IMG/VR virus record: IMGVR_UViG_3300026549_000071
Coordinates: 1-64,000 of that record
DNA from: a virus
Taxonomy: Duplodnaviria; Caudoviricetes
DNA length: 64,000 nucleotides
Reading direction: 5' to 3' (one strand)
Below, piece after piece: positions 20,234 through 29,823 of this stretch. Below the pieces are notes generated by a model, which worked only from the letters and a program-made list of their open reading frames with translations, was not told where the DNA came from and did no database searches. How positions within the stretch are numbered: the first letter of the stretch is position 1; each line of letters opens with the position of its first letter. The position numbers were made by a program, and so were the translations under genes.

Positions 20234-21025
20234 TTATAGGTAAAGACTTACCAATGGTAAGATATAGTTTTGGTAGTTATATCCAATATCAATATTTTCA
20301 ATATCGTCTGTATCTTCTACCTCTAACATTTCATTTCCTTCTGGGTCATATAAGGAATACATGTTTCCTCTAGTTAACATACGATAATATTCGATGGGTA
20401 ATTTCTTTCCTCGATAATTTCGTACGAAATCTCCCAGAATCATACTAGCATCTTTTCGAGAGGTTTCTTTCTCTCGTAACCTGCAAAAGCTCTCAATGAA
20501 ATGCAGGAGATACTTTCCATGATAGTTTTTCACTTCATTGAGAGCATCTCCCTGACCAAGTCCTTTAATATCAATATTACTTGTAATTGTATTGATATAG
20601 AACTCGAGTTTATTGAGCCGAAGGTACGATGTATAGTGATTCTTTCCATTGAATACAACTTCCCCAAAGGTCGTTTCATGACAGAAACGATTACATACAA
20701 AGATAGCATCCTTTTTAATCGAAATGATGTTCTCTTCGTCAAGTTCATTCTTCACAAGAAACCATTTTCTCGCTTCTGAGAAAGCTTTAGATAATTTCTT
20801 TGCAAATTCTTTATCTTTCCTCTGGTAGAGTCCTAGTTGAACACTTCTTGCTTTCTTATCCATCTTATCCAACTGATCTAACTTCTCTTTTGGAAGCAAT
20901 TGAAATTGCTTACAGAGACTTGGACCAGCCGAATGGATATCATATTCTGTAATATCCGTTCCAAATAAAAACTCAATGTTTTTGTTGATCCACAGACTTC
21001 TTTTGTACAGATCTGGATTCAGCAT
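20234..21025 (-). CDS. Divergent family-B DNA polymerase palm-like protein
   Basis: EYDIHSAGPSL resembles motif A (DxxSLYPS) and IISIKKDAIFV resembles motif C (VIYGDTDSIFV), in the right order; no exonuclease domain. Confidence 0.45.
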   Translation of the reverse strand: MLNPDLYKRSLWINKNIEFLFGTDITEYDIHSAGPSLCKQFQLLPKEKLDQLDKMDKKARSVQLGLYQRKDKEFAKKLSKAFSEARKWFLVKNELDEENIISIKKDAIFVCNRFCHETTFGEVVFNGKNHYTSYLRLNKLEFYINTITSNIDIKGLGQGDALNEVKNYHGKYLLHFIESFCRLREKETSRKDASMILGDFVRNYRGKKLPIEYYRMLTRGNMYSLYDPEGNEMLEVEDTDDIENIDIGYNYQNYILPLVSLYL

Positions 21026-22244
21026 CTAGAATCCCCACTTCCAATACATTAAATTCTTTATTCATTACAATCCTGTGTTTCCGATCTTCAATTGTAACGA
21101 TATGACGTTTTACAATGAATACCCCAAAGGGATGAAAATTCTTCCTTGGAGGATATTCTTTCTTTTGTTTCAAAGAGCGATATAACGTAGGAATGCTAAT
21201 ATCACGAATTGGATATTCCCATTTATCTATAGCAACCGCTTTATCGATAAAACATGTATGCGTCATCTTGTAATACCGTTTCTTTGGAAGCACTGTTTTT
21301 TCATCAATGTAATCCCTTGTGAAACGATTCGTCACAACTTCCGAATACAGCATATTGGAAAGTTGGTTTTCCTTATAGAAATCGAAATGCAGGATAACCA
21401 TCTTCTTATGTGCTTCTAGAAGATTCAACTGACTCTGAAAGAGTTCACGAAGTTCTGGAATCTTCCTTACACAACGAAAATCATAGAGATATCCCTTAAT
21501 ACGAAAGATGGAACGCATCTCATTTGTCACGCGAGCATCTTTCATATAAGCATATGTTAATTCATCGGATGTATAGATTTCCTCGAAAGGAAGATCTAGA
21601 ATATCTCTTTGACGAACCTGCTGGATTTTCATTGGCATCATACCAAAGAATCCACCCATAGAGTTAAAGAATCCAGCGGGAACCGGAGACGGTGGTAAGT
21701 TATCATTTTGGATATCTTCGTCATCCTCATCATCATCGTCTTCGTCGTCATCTAAATACTCTGCATATTCTTCATCGTCGTCATCTTCATCCATGACGCT
21801 GTCAATGTATTCATAAAACATATGGACGACATCTTTGAGACGTTTCTTGATGAGATATTCGGCGGTTTCTTTTACTGGAACGGATGGTAATCCAGTATCT
21901 GATTTTTCATTCAAGCTGTCATGAAGCATTAGCATAATTTCCATGGTATCAAATTGATCCAAGGTCATTTTCAATGCTTTCAAGTCAACCTTTTCATTCT
22001 CATTTGATTCTGAAATCTTTTTCTTTTTCACTGTCTTTTCTTTCTCCTTATGAGGCAATTTCATATCCGTTCGATACTTGTATATCTCATTTGCTGGAAC
22101 CACAGCCATTTGATTTTGCTGTGGCAATGCAATTCGGATATTTCCATTCGCCTTTAATACATCTAGTATAATTTTCTTATCCATTTGCGTAATAACATCA
22201 CGCTTTATTTTCTCAATCTCTTCTGGAGTAAATTTCCTATCCAT
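20973..22244 (-). CDS. Hypothetical protein with central Asp/Glu tract
   Basis: 423-aa ORF with AAAGGAG RBS. Confidence 0.7.
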   Translation of the reverse strand: MDRKFTPEEIEKIKRDVITQMDKKIILDVLKANGNIRIALPQQNQMAVVPANEIYKYRTDMKLPHKEKEKTVKKKKISESNENEKVDLKALKMTLDQFDTMEIMLMLHDSLNEKSDTGLPSVPVKETAEYLIKKRLKDVVHMFYEYIDSVMDEDDDDEEYAEYLDDDEDDDDEDDEDIQNDNLPPSPVPAGFFNSMGGFFGMMPMKIQQVRQRDILDLPFEEIYTSDELTYAYMKDARVTNEMRSIFRIKGYLYDFRCVRKIPELRELFQSQLNLLEAHKKMVILHFDFYKENQLSNMLYSEVVTNRFTRDYIDEKTVLPKKRYYKMTHTCFIDKAVAIDKWEYPIRDISIPTLYRSLKQKKEYPPRKNFHPFGVFIVKRHIVTIEDRKHRIVMNKEFNVLEVGILDAESRSVQKKSVDQQKH

Positions 22245-22361
22245 AAGAAATTCTCCTTTCTCGATAATTATTACCCTTATATAATTATCGCTCTTTTATG
22301 GAATCAAAATAAAAATAGAAGGATCATATATGCATCGTATGGTCCTTCTATTTTTTCTTCC

Positions 22362-22694
22362 TTATCCGAAGAGACTATCAAAGCGTGTATCTTTCTTTGG
22401 ATGAACGACTTTTGTAGATTTGTGAAGCTGTTCATCATCTACACCGTCATACTCCATATGCTTACGATCTTTATCCTGCTGGCGAACGAAGGCTTCTAAG
22501 TCATCTTCGTCGCCTTTTTCCAGTTTCTTGATGAAGGATTTAAAGCAACGTTTCATTGCTTTTTGCACCGCCTTATCTCCGTCATCGTACATCTGGAACA
22601 TGCGACGGAACTTCCCAACAATCATAGGATTGAAGAGAAGTTCTTCCATTGCCTTCTTTTGATCTTTCCTTTTATTCTTCTTACTCATCTTCAT
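22362..22694 (-). CDS. Hypothetical charged protein
   Basis: 110-aa ORF within the minus-strand operon. Confidence 0.6.
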   Translation of the reverse strand: MKMSKKNKRKDQKKAMEELLFNPMIVGKFRRMFQMYDDGDKAVQKAMKRCFKSFIKKLEKGDEDDLEAFVRQQDKDRKHMEYDGVDDEQLHKSTKVVHPKKDTRFDSLFG

Positions 22695-22712
22695 TTTGAA
22701 TATATTCCTTTC

Positions 22713-23348
22713 TTATTCTTCATATGCATCTACTTCTTCCAAACGATTCTTTAGTTTCTTTGGAAGTTTCTTTCTCGTTTGCTCTGAAAGAACCTTGAGT
22801 AAAACCATGGTAGGATCAATTCCAAGTTCTTTCAGCTTATTGATCAGAAGAGTTTTCCGTTGCTTCAAGATACTTATAATCGTATCAGCATCTTGTGTCA
22901 ACTTGCAATCTTTTCCTTTCAAATATGCCTTTGTTGAAATTGTTTTGATTCCGAATTCCATCTCAATGAATTCCTTCATCATCCGGAGGTATTCATATTC
23001 CACTTCTCCAGAAGAGCAAACAAAGAATACATCCTTATCATACAGCATTGCATGACTAATGTATTCATTCAACAGAAACATACATTCTGGCCTCTGCAAA
23101 TGACGGAAATATGCAGATTCATATTCCTTTCCAATGCCATACTTCGTATAGACCAGAATAATAGATGCAGATGGAACCAATGGAACAACATCCATTAACA
23201 TCGCATCATTTGGATACCATTTCTGTTTCATTTCCAGAGAGACATTGATAAACTCTGAAGACTCCAGATCTGCTTTCTCCAGAATCTTCTTGAGTTTATC
23301 CCTCCCTTCTACGTTTACCAAATGCATCATACATTCCTCCATTAACAA
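22713..23348 (-). CDS. Hypothetical protein
   Basis: 211-aa ORF overlapping the kinase stop. Confidence 0.7.
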   Translation of the reverse strand: MLMEECMMHLVNVEGRDKLKKILEKADLESSEFINVSLEMKQKWYPNDAMLMDVVPLVPSASIILVYTKYGIGKEYESAYFRHLQRPECMFLLNEYISHAMLYDKDVFFVCSSGEVEYEYLRMMKEFIEMEFGIKTISTKAYLKGKDCKLTQDADTIISILKQRKTLLINKLKELGIDPTMVLLKVLSEQTRKKLPKKLKNRLEEVDAYEE

Positions 23349-24052
23349 ATTTTAATCTTAATCTTTTTCCCATCATCGCGTGCATGCTGGACGAAATCTT
23401 TCTCATCCTTCCACATGCGATCACGAACCTCAATCGGATCGAACAACTTTCCACAACGAGCACATACCAACTTGGAATAATCATTATTCCATTTGAGTGC
23501 ATTACCACATTTCGTGCAATACATGATCTTTCGATCCAATGGATAAATATAACCATAATCCAAAATTACGATTTCATCATTATTCCGATATCCGAAATTC
23601 GTGAAATTCTTGGAAATGGTTCCCATATCACAAAACAGATAATCCTTAGATAAAATCTCTAAGATATTCCGGATATTCTGTTTCGATTCAATGAACTCAT
23701 CTTGCGTCATGAGATTTACATATTCTGCAACGGCTACGATACCATTGCATTCATATGTCTTTGTGACATACGGCTGAAGTTCTTGACTATAATCAAACTC
23801 TGTCCAATTATCGCGTACGCCATAATTATCAAGAGCAATTTTGAATACATAGTCTTTATTCCGCACGGTCAACCGATTGGTTCCTGGACCAATTTCCGTG
23901 AATCCAAGATCCTTCAGAAGAAAGAGAATCTGACGAACCTTCTCATTATTATTCGAGATATTTGGATCTCTCTGAATCTCCCAAATCTTCTGAAGAACTT
24001 CTTCACTGAATAACTCATGAATCCGATGACGATATTTCTTTTCTTCCATCAT
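23342..24052 (-). CDS. Protein-kinase-like fold protein with C-terminal Zn ribbon
   Basis: IGPGTNR (Gly loop), VFKIA (catalytic Lys), DMGTISKNFTN (catalytic-loop-like), ILDYG (DFG equivalent), CTKC...CARC. Confidence 0.7.
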   Translation of the reverse strand: MMEEKKYRHRIHELFSEEVLQKIWEIQRDPNISNNNEKVRQILFLLKDLGFTEIGPGTNRLTVRNKDYVFKIALDNYGVRDNWTEFDYSQELQPYVTKTYECNGIVAVAEYVNLMTQDEFIESKQNIRNILEILSKDYLFCDMGTISKNFTNFGYRNNDEIVILDYGYIYPLDRKIMYCTKCGNALKWNNDYSKLVCARCGKLFDPIEVRDRMWKDEKDFVQHARDDGKKIKIKIC

Positions 24053-24060
24053 AGACTCCT

Positions 24061-25062
24061 TTACTCCATATTTGCCATCTTACGTAACTGATCTCCAGTT
24101 AATTGGAGCATATCCTTCTCAAACTCTGAGAATGTATGATATTCTCCATTAGCAAATTTCTTCATATAGCTATTGCTCTTCTTATGCTTCTTTTTCTTTC
24201 CATATTTATATCCACCAGATTCCTTCAGTTTCTTCTTACGAATCAACTTACGAGAACCTTTCGAAAGATGCTTCATTCCAACATGAAGTCCAATGCTCTC
24301 CAGATAATCCAGCGTCTGCATCTCATCCATTTGCTCTTTCGTCAGAGAAATGCCTTTATAGAAGACCAGTTTATCTGGGCTCTCTTCTTCATCAAACTCA
24401 TGAAAGTCCTTCTTATGAAGATATTCTTTATACTTGGCTGTGAAGGAAACTTTCTTTGGTTTGTGATACATTTCACGAAGCATTCTCTTACGAGCATCTT
24501 TCTTTGAAATTTTGATGGGTTTGGTACGATTCGTATAGAACTTATTGATCATATCAATCTCATTCGAAATTTGATTTGCTACGTCAGACGAATCATTCAA
24601 ATCCATCTTCATTGGATTCATTCCCTTAATGGGTTTGAAACTGAAAGCAAGTTTTACATGCTTCGGAATCTTCCAATTCGTCGGAATGACTGGCAGACCA
24701 AAATCATAATCACATGGAGTTTCCAATGGCATTCCATCATCAATATATTTGCGATTCTTCTTATTATGCTTCAATTTCGGGCAAAAAGATGGAACGTAAT
24801 CTTTCACCATTCCAATCTGGAACAGGAATTTCAAACGTTTCATTCCACCATATTTATCAATGAGCCATTGACCATATTCCGTATAGATTTCTTTTGCTCT
24901 GCACCATTCCCCAAAATCAGAATATTTCCGTTTCAGAGCTCTTACTTTATTGAGAAGTGGAGTATCTTCCCATTTCTCTTCATCATGATAATCATCTCCG
25001 AAATCATTAACCTGAGATTTGAACTCAGGATGATTCGGATATTCATATTCCTTTACTATCAT
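24061..25062 (-). CDS. Hypothetical Lys-rich protein
   Basis: 333-aa ORF, AAGGAG RBS, TATATATTAT motif at 25102. Confidence 0.7.
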   Translation of the reverse strand: MIVKEYEYPNHPEFKSQVNDFGDDYHDEEKWEDTPLLNKVRALKRKYSDFGEWCRAKEIYTEYGQWLIDKYGGMKRLKFLFQIGMVKDYVPSFCPKLKHNKKNRKYIDDGMPLETPCDYDFGLPVIPTNWKIPKHVKLAFSFKPIKGMNPMKMDLNDSSDVANQISNEIDMINKFYTNRTKPIKISKKDARKRMLREMYHKPKKVSFTAKYKEYLHKKDFHEFDEEESPDKLVFYKGISLTKEQMDEMQTLDYLESIGLHVGMKHLSKGSRKLIRKKKLKESGGYKYGKKKKHKKSNSYMKKFANGEYHTFSEFEKDMLQLTGDQLRKMANME

Positions 25063-25196
25063 TTTATTATAAATCTCCTTTCTTTCATTCGATCTAAATA
25101 AATAATATATATTTTAATCAACTATTGGATTTTCCGTCTGTAATACCATGTGAGTTCGAAGGTAAAAAATAAAAAAAAGAAGCTCCAAACTCTCCA

Positions 25197-25280
25197 CTAC
25201 GTTTTGACCTTCATGAGATTAGAACATGGCATGTATGCACAATCCTGCTGCTCCGTTAGAAACATAAACATATTCCGCAT
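25197..25280 (-). CDS. 27-aa peptide (MRNMFMFLTEQQDCAYMPCSNLMKVKT)
   Basis: Strong GAAAGGAG RBS at canonical spacing; T-run follows the stop. Confidence 0.4.
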   Translation of the reverse strand: MRNMFMFLTEQQDCAYMPCSNLMKVKT

Positions 25281-25424
25281 TTTGATTCATCTCCTTTCGG
25301 ATCATAGTAAAATGCGTCTATGTAAACATCGAGTCCATCGCATTTCTCGATGATTGATACTTATACAATATCTATTCATATATTATGAAAACCGATATTC
25401 CTTTGAAATATATATTATTCATCT

Positions 25425-26356
25425 AGTTACATAGAAATCGATTTTTGATTGACATGATAATAGCGAAAATTGATCTATGAAAATCATGGATATTTAAATT
25501 CGTTGATGCACAAACTTAGACTCAATTTGTCTATATATGGGATAAGTACCATTCAGTACGTGGAAACGTCAAAGACTTTGCGAGTGGGTTGGTGCTATAC
25601 ACGGGTCAATAATTTCGATCTTATCTCGGCAAATGAAGAGTGATCTTCATTTGTTTATCGATTCCTTAATAATTGCTCTTTCTGTCATAGAGAGAATAAG
25701 CATGGAGGAACGAATGTATCCTTCCCATGTAAAATCCTTAAGGATATCCAGAGTGAGGGATCATGAATGGGATAGAGGGCAATCTAAGATTCCAATTGAA
25801 TAATCTTAGGTATTAAAACGTTTCCTCTTGAGCTTCGTGAACTTGCTAGGGAGAAGATTTGAATGGACCTCGATATCGAATGATGAGATCAATGAGTAAG
25901 TCATATTTGGATGATTATGATACGAATAGATATAAGACCAAACGAGCATTCTCATTCGGTTATGATTGGATAAAATGACAGTAGATATAGATCATAAGAA
26001 ATTCGTCGTATAGTAAGATACAGCTTGATTTGTTGGTAGGCAATCATAGTAGAATTTCTTTGGTTAACTCATGATAAAACTCCCGTCATGTATATCGAGT
26101 ATCGTTGCAATACGATACTTTAACAATGGGATGTGTAGATATATACTACCTATCATATCGGTATAATATACAATCTATTTTGGATTTGTATATTCATCGT
26201 TCATTTAAGGTAAAGATGCATTGAAAAGACGCTAGAAAATTATCACTGGTTATTTCATCCTATAGATGAATCTCACAAATAATTTGCCTTAAGGAGAAGA
26301 ACGATTTTAACATACAGAAAATACAAAGGATGGATTCTTTCCATCCTTTGTATTTT
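25425..26356 (+). ncRNA. Candidate large structured non-coding RNA of about 0.8-0.9 kb
   Basis: No ORF of 60 aa or more on either strand; promoter motif at 25409; many stems with GNRA loops; 17-bp terminator at 26318-26356; 5' end uncertain. Confidence 0.6.
26318..26356 (+). terminator. Intrinsic terminator
   Basis: Perfect 17-bp stem followed by a T-run. Confidence 0.8.
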
Positions 26357-26400
26357 TATTTTGGCTTTCACAGTTTAGTATATAGAAGGAGTGTAAGAAT

Positions 26401-26895
26401 ATGAAAGGTAACGAAAAGTTTAAAATGTATACCTTATACGTTGGAAATATTCCAGTTGTATTTTGTGCAGATCGATGGCTAATTGAGCTGTATATTGTAC
26501 AACGGAAGTTAGTCGAAAAGAAGTATCAATTTCATCAGGATACCTATGATACGTCCATGTATAAAGAGTTTGATGATTATCTTGTATACTATTATGGTTA
26601 TGCAGTCACGCAACGAGAGCTTAAATATATCGTCAACTCAACAGAGGAATATGAATCGTTTCGGAAGTATAAGATTCATTCTCTTCAAGGATTTCTAGAG
26701 CGTTTTAATCATACATTAAAGAAATCGGAAAAGAAAGCACTTAAAGAAACGATCAAAATCCTAAAGAAGTATACATGCGAAAATGATGACTTTATTGAGT
26801 CACAGATTGATACCATCCTAAACCATAATGATATGGTAAAGGATTATATGGATGCAACGGATATGTTCCGAATGCATATGGAAGGAGAAATTTAA
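26401..26895 (+). CDS. Hypothetical protein
   Basis: AAGGAG RBS; CACA-N6-TA motif at 26369. Confidence 0.7.
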   Translation: MKGNEKFKMYTLYVGNIPVVFCADRWLIELYIVQRKLVEKKYQFHQDTYDTSMYKEFDDYLVYYYGYAVTQRELKYIVNSTEEYESFRKYKIHSLQGFLERFNHTLKKSEKKALKETIKILKKYTCENDDFIESQIDTILNHNDMVKDYMDATDMFRMHMEGEI

Positions 26896-26896
26896 G

Positions 26897-27706
26897 TTGA
26901 GAGATATTAAACTCATTGCAATTGATGGATTAGATGGAACTGGGAAAACAACCTTTGCAAAATTCTTATCCAATGATCTTCAATCGGATTATTATACGAA
27001 TAAGAAGTATGATGCAAGATACCAGCATTTCCCAGTCTATGAATTACAATCTGGAAAGAAGATCAAAGATTTTCTCTTCCATGAACCAGAACCATACAAG
27101 AGAGAAAATATTCTCAAAATGATTGATCTGCAAGAAACGAATCGAATGGAATGGACAGATCGTTTGATCTGGGATGACGTTTTAGTTCAAGATGACCGTC
27201 CATTGCTGATGATTGCAGATCGTTACATGCGTTCGAATGACATTTACAACGAAACAAGACTTCCGGATTGGAAGGAACGCTGTATCAATGCAGGAGAACG
27301 TGAATATGGAGATCATGCTATTCCAAGACCGGATCTCCAAATTTTTTGTTACTGTAACAGAAATCTTCAACGGAAGCGTTTAGAAGCAAGAAAGAATTTG
27401 GATCAGTATGAAGCATTAGATCATCTAGATGAACTGAATGATCGTTATATTACTTATTTGAAATGGTATATGACGATTGATCGTTTCAAGAGAAATACGG
27501 TATTTATTCCCATGCACTTATTTGATCGAGAATTTCTGAAAGAATCTCTGGATAATAAAAAATGGAATACGTACTATAAGGAAATTTTGAAAGATTACCT
27601 TAGTATTTTCCGTAAGTACATTCTTTCTCAGGAAACGAAAGAAGAATTCGTGAAAGAAATCAATGAACTCCATGAAGAAGAATTCAATGCTTACTTGGAG
27701 TCATAA
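26897..27706 (+). CDS. tmk: Thymidylate/dNMP kinase-like protein
   Basis: IAIDGLDGTGKTT P-loop and IADRY motif; TTG start behind GAAGGAG. Confidence 0.75.
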   Translation: MRDIKLIAIDGLDGTGKTTFAKFLSNDLQSDYYTNKKYDARYQHFPVYELQSGKKIKDFLFHEPEPYKRENILKMIDLQETNRMEWTDRLIWDDVLVQDDRPLLMIADRYMRSNDIYNETRLPDWKERCINAGEREYGDHAIPRPDLQIFCYCNRNLQRKRLEARKNLDQYEALDHLDELNDRYITYLKWYMTIDRFKRNTVFIPMHLFDREFLKESLDNKKWNTYYKEILKDYLSIFRKYILSQETKEEFVKEINELHEEEFNAYLES

Positions 27707-27792
27707 GAGTAGTTTATTAACAGCAAGAAACAAAGCATTAGGCAGTGTTTCTTGCTGTTGTTTCTCTACTACGGAAAGGATGTCAGAAACCG

Positions 27793-28560
27793 ATGAGGAA
27801 AATGATTCAAATTCATACCATTGGAGATGCTAATGTTTTAAACGCGTCGGTCCAAAATCCACCTGCAAGTTTTTATTTCATTGAGGGAAACGTTCTTTTT
27901 TTATTCGAGTATTCTCCCATGTGCGATGAATATATCCGTCTTCATAAGAAGGAATTCAAAGCATTGAAGGATATTATTCTCTGTTATACATCTCCAGTTT
28001 ATATGAATGGAGTACAAGTACATCACTCAACCTTAGTACATGAATTCATTGAAGGAGTATTTCATTGTATTGATCATCATGATCGAATTCATGTACGCTT
28101 GATGACTGTATCTCCAAATTCGAATCCAATTATTATTGATTATGAAAAGCAAAAAAATGTCATTACTGAAAGAAATATTACGTCACAAGATCCCAATGCA
28201 AATATTGTATTTACGAATGAAAGTATCCTCTTTGTAGCAATGGATACCATATATACAAAGAAAGGATATTCTACCATTACCATTTGGAAACAGATGGAAG
28301 AAGGATATTGGAGTTGCCTTCTTCACTATACGGGCCGTTTTGGATCCTTGAATGAATACACAGTAAAGTTCTTAATGGAACATCCACATGCGATTCTTGT
28401 GTATTATATCAATCGTTCGTTCTACAAATCAGATCATAACTTATCAGTAAAGGAACTCTGTTATCGAATTATGAATACCTTCGATGATATGAGAAATCCC
28501 ATCACCTTGCTTGGATTTACGAATCCAAACGAGGCAAAATTTATTCGTGAGAGAATGTGA
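27793..28560 (+). CDS. Hypothetical protein
   Basis: Long ORF within the plus-strand operon; start approximate. Confidence 0.65.
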   Translation: MRKMIQIHTIGDANVLNASVQNPPASFYFIEGNVLFLFEYSPMCDEYIRLHKKEFKALKDIILCYTSPVYMNGVQVHHSTLVHEFIEGVFHCIDHHDRIHVRLMTVSPNSNPIIIDYEKQKNVITERNITSQDPNANIVFTNESILFVAMDTIYTKKGYSTITIWKQMEEGYWSCLLHYTGRFGSLNEYTVKFLMEHPHAILVYYINRSFYKSDHNLSVKELCYRIMNTFDDMRNPITLLGFTNPNEAKFIRERM

Positions 28561-28619
28561 TGCTATGGTAAGTTAATGATCTGCCGCTTTATATCGTCAC
28601 CGGAAAGTGAGTCACTGAT

Positions 28620-28961
28620 ATGAAAATGAGTAAGACCAAACAACGAAAGGAATTGATCCTTCAACGTAAAAAAGATAAATATGGATATTTTGGTCTGTTC
28701 CGGATAGAAGAGGTTTATCCCTTCCAATTGTATATGCAAAGGTATAAGCACTTCAAACTAGCTGTAACCCAAGGAAATGAACTCATTCATATGATAAAAG
28801 ACGGTTTACACGTCATTGTATGGTACGATGAAAAACTGCGGCAATGTTGCTCGAATCGATATGGAATGTGCATGTGGTATGTTTACCATACGTTTGATGA
28901 AGAATATATGGAAGACTTTTTAGCATATGAAAAGGAGCATGAAATTTATTATGCAATCTAA
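28620..28961 (+). CDS. Hypothetical protein
   Basis: 113-aa ORF overlapping the thyX start. Confidence 0.6.
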   Translation: MKMSKTKQRKELILQRKKDKYGYFGLFRIEEVYPFQLYMQRYKHFKLAVTQGNELIHMIKDGLHVIVWYDEKLRQCCSNRYGMCMWYVYHTFDEEYMEDFLAYEKEHEIYYAI

Positions 28962-29823
28962 AGTTAATGTAAAACGAGTAGGAAATGGTGAAGTTGTTTT
29001 AATTGCTGGTGGTGGAAAAGTATACAGCGATATTGCAGCAAGGTTCTGTCGTACGGAGAAAGATGTTCATGATATCATTGCATCTCCGTATAATAAGAAA
29101 CTGGTTCAAACTATTTTGGATTCTGGTCATTATGCTGCAACAGAATTTGACTACTTCATCTTTGGAATCCAAGGTTACTCTCGTGTAACCGAAACTCAAT
29201 TGGTTCGCAAGCGTTTAGCCAGTTATTTGATTAAATCTGGTCGTGCAGAAGAGCACGGGAAACGAAACTTTGATGTTGTTCTTCCGAAAGATCAGAGATT
29301 ATTGGATCTTCCCAGAGGAGAAGTTCATCTGGATCCATCTCAAGTGATTGTGGAATATAAAGATGGAGTTAAGATCTCTTTGGAACAGGTGGTTCCATGT
29401 TCTACAGCAGAAGTGTATCTGAATAGTGCACAACTGTTAGATGCAATGGCATCATTCTATGATGATGCTGTGTTGAATCATGGAATTAAAGAAGAAGACG
29501 CACGTTACTTTAAACCTCAAGCAACGGAGTTCAAAGCAATTATTGGAATGAATGCCCATGCATTACGGGATTGGTTTAAGATTCGTTGCTGCAATCGAGC
29601 ACAATCTGAAATCCGTGATCTTGCATGGAAAATGCTTCGTTTATGCAAAGAAGCTGCTCCAGATCTCTTTGAAGGTGCTGGACCTAGTTGTGTTGCACTT
29701 GGTCTTTGCCCAGAGATGGAACAGTGTGAGCAGAATAAAGGAAAGATTCCTACATTGAAAGCATTTAAAGAAGCAAAAAATACGAAAGAATACAAAGACT
29801 TTGCAAAAGTCATGATGAAATAA
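28951..29823 (+). CDS. thyX: FAD-dependent thymidylate synthase ThyX
   Basis: GHYAATEF, SRVTETQLVRKRLASYLIKSGR (RHRx7S-type motif), EDARYFKP, MNAHALRDWFKIRCCNRAQSEIR. Confidence 0.9.
   Translation: MQSKVNVKRVGNGEVVLIAGGGKVYSDIAARFCRTEKDVHDIIASPYNKKLVQTILDSGHYAATEFDYFIFGIQGYSRVTETQLVRKRLASYLIKSGRAEEHGKRNFDVVLPKDQRLLDLPRGEVHLDPSQVIVEYKDGVKISLEQVVPCSTAEVYLNSAQLLDAMASFYDDAVLNHGIKEEDARYFKPQATEFKAIIGMNAHALRDWFKIRCCNRAQSEIRDLAWKMLRLCKEAAPDLFEGAGPSCVALGLCPEMEQCEQNKGKIPTLKAFKEAKNTKEYKDFAKVMMK

Noticed and set aside
21715-21790. GAT/GAC-rich repeat tract
   Set aside because: It simply encodes an Asp/Glu-rich linker in the 423-aa protein.
25425-26356. Large ncRNA candidate as tmRNA, RNase P or a group I/II intron
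   Set aside because: No tRNA-like termini, no recognisable RNase P P4 motif, no P7 or domain V motifs, and no flanking exons.
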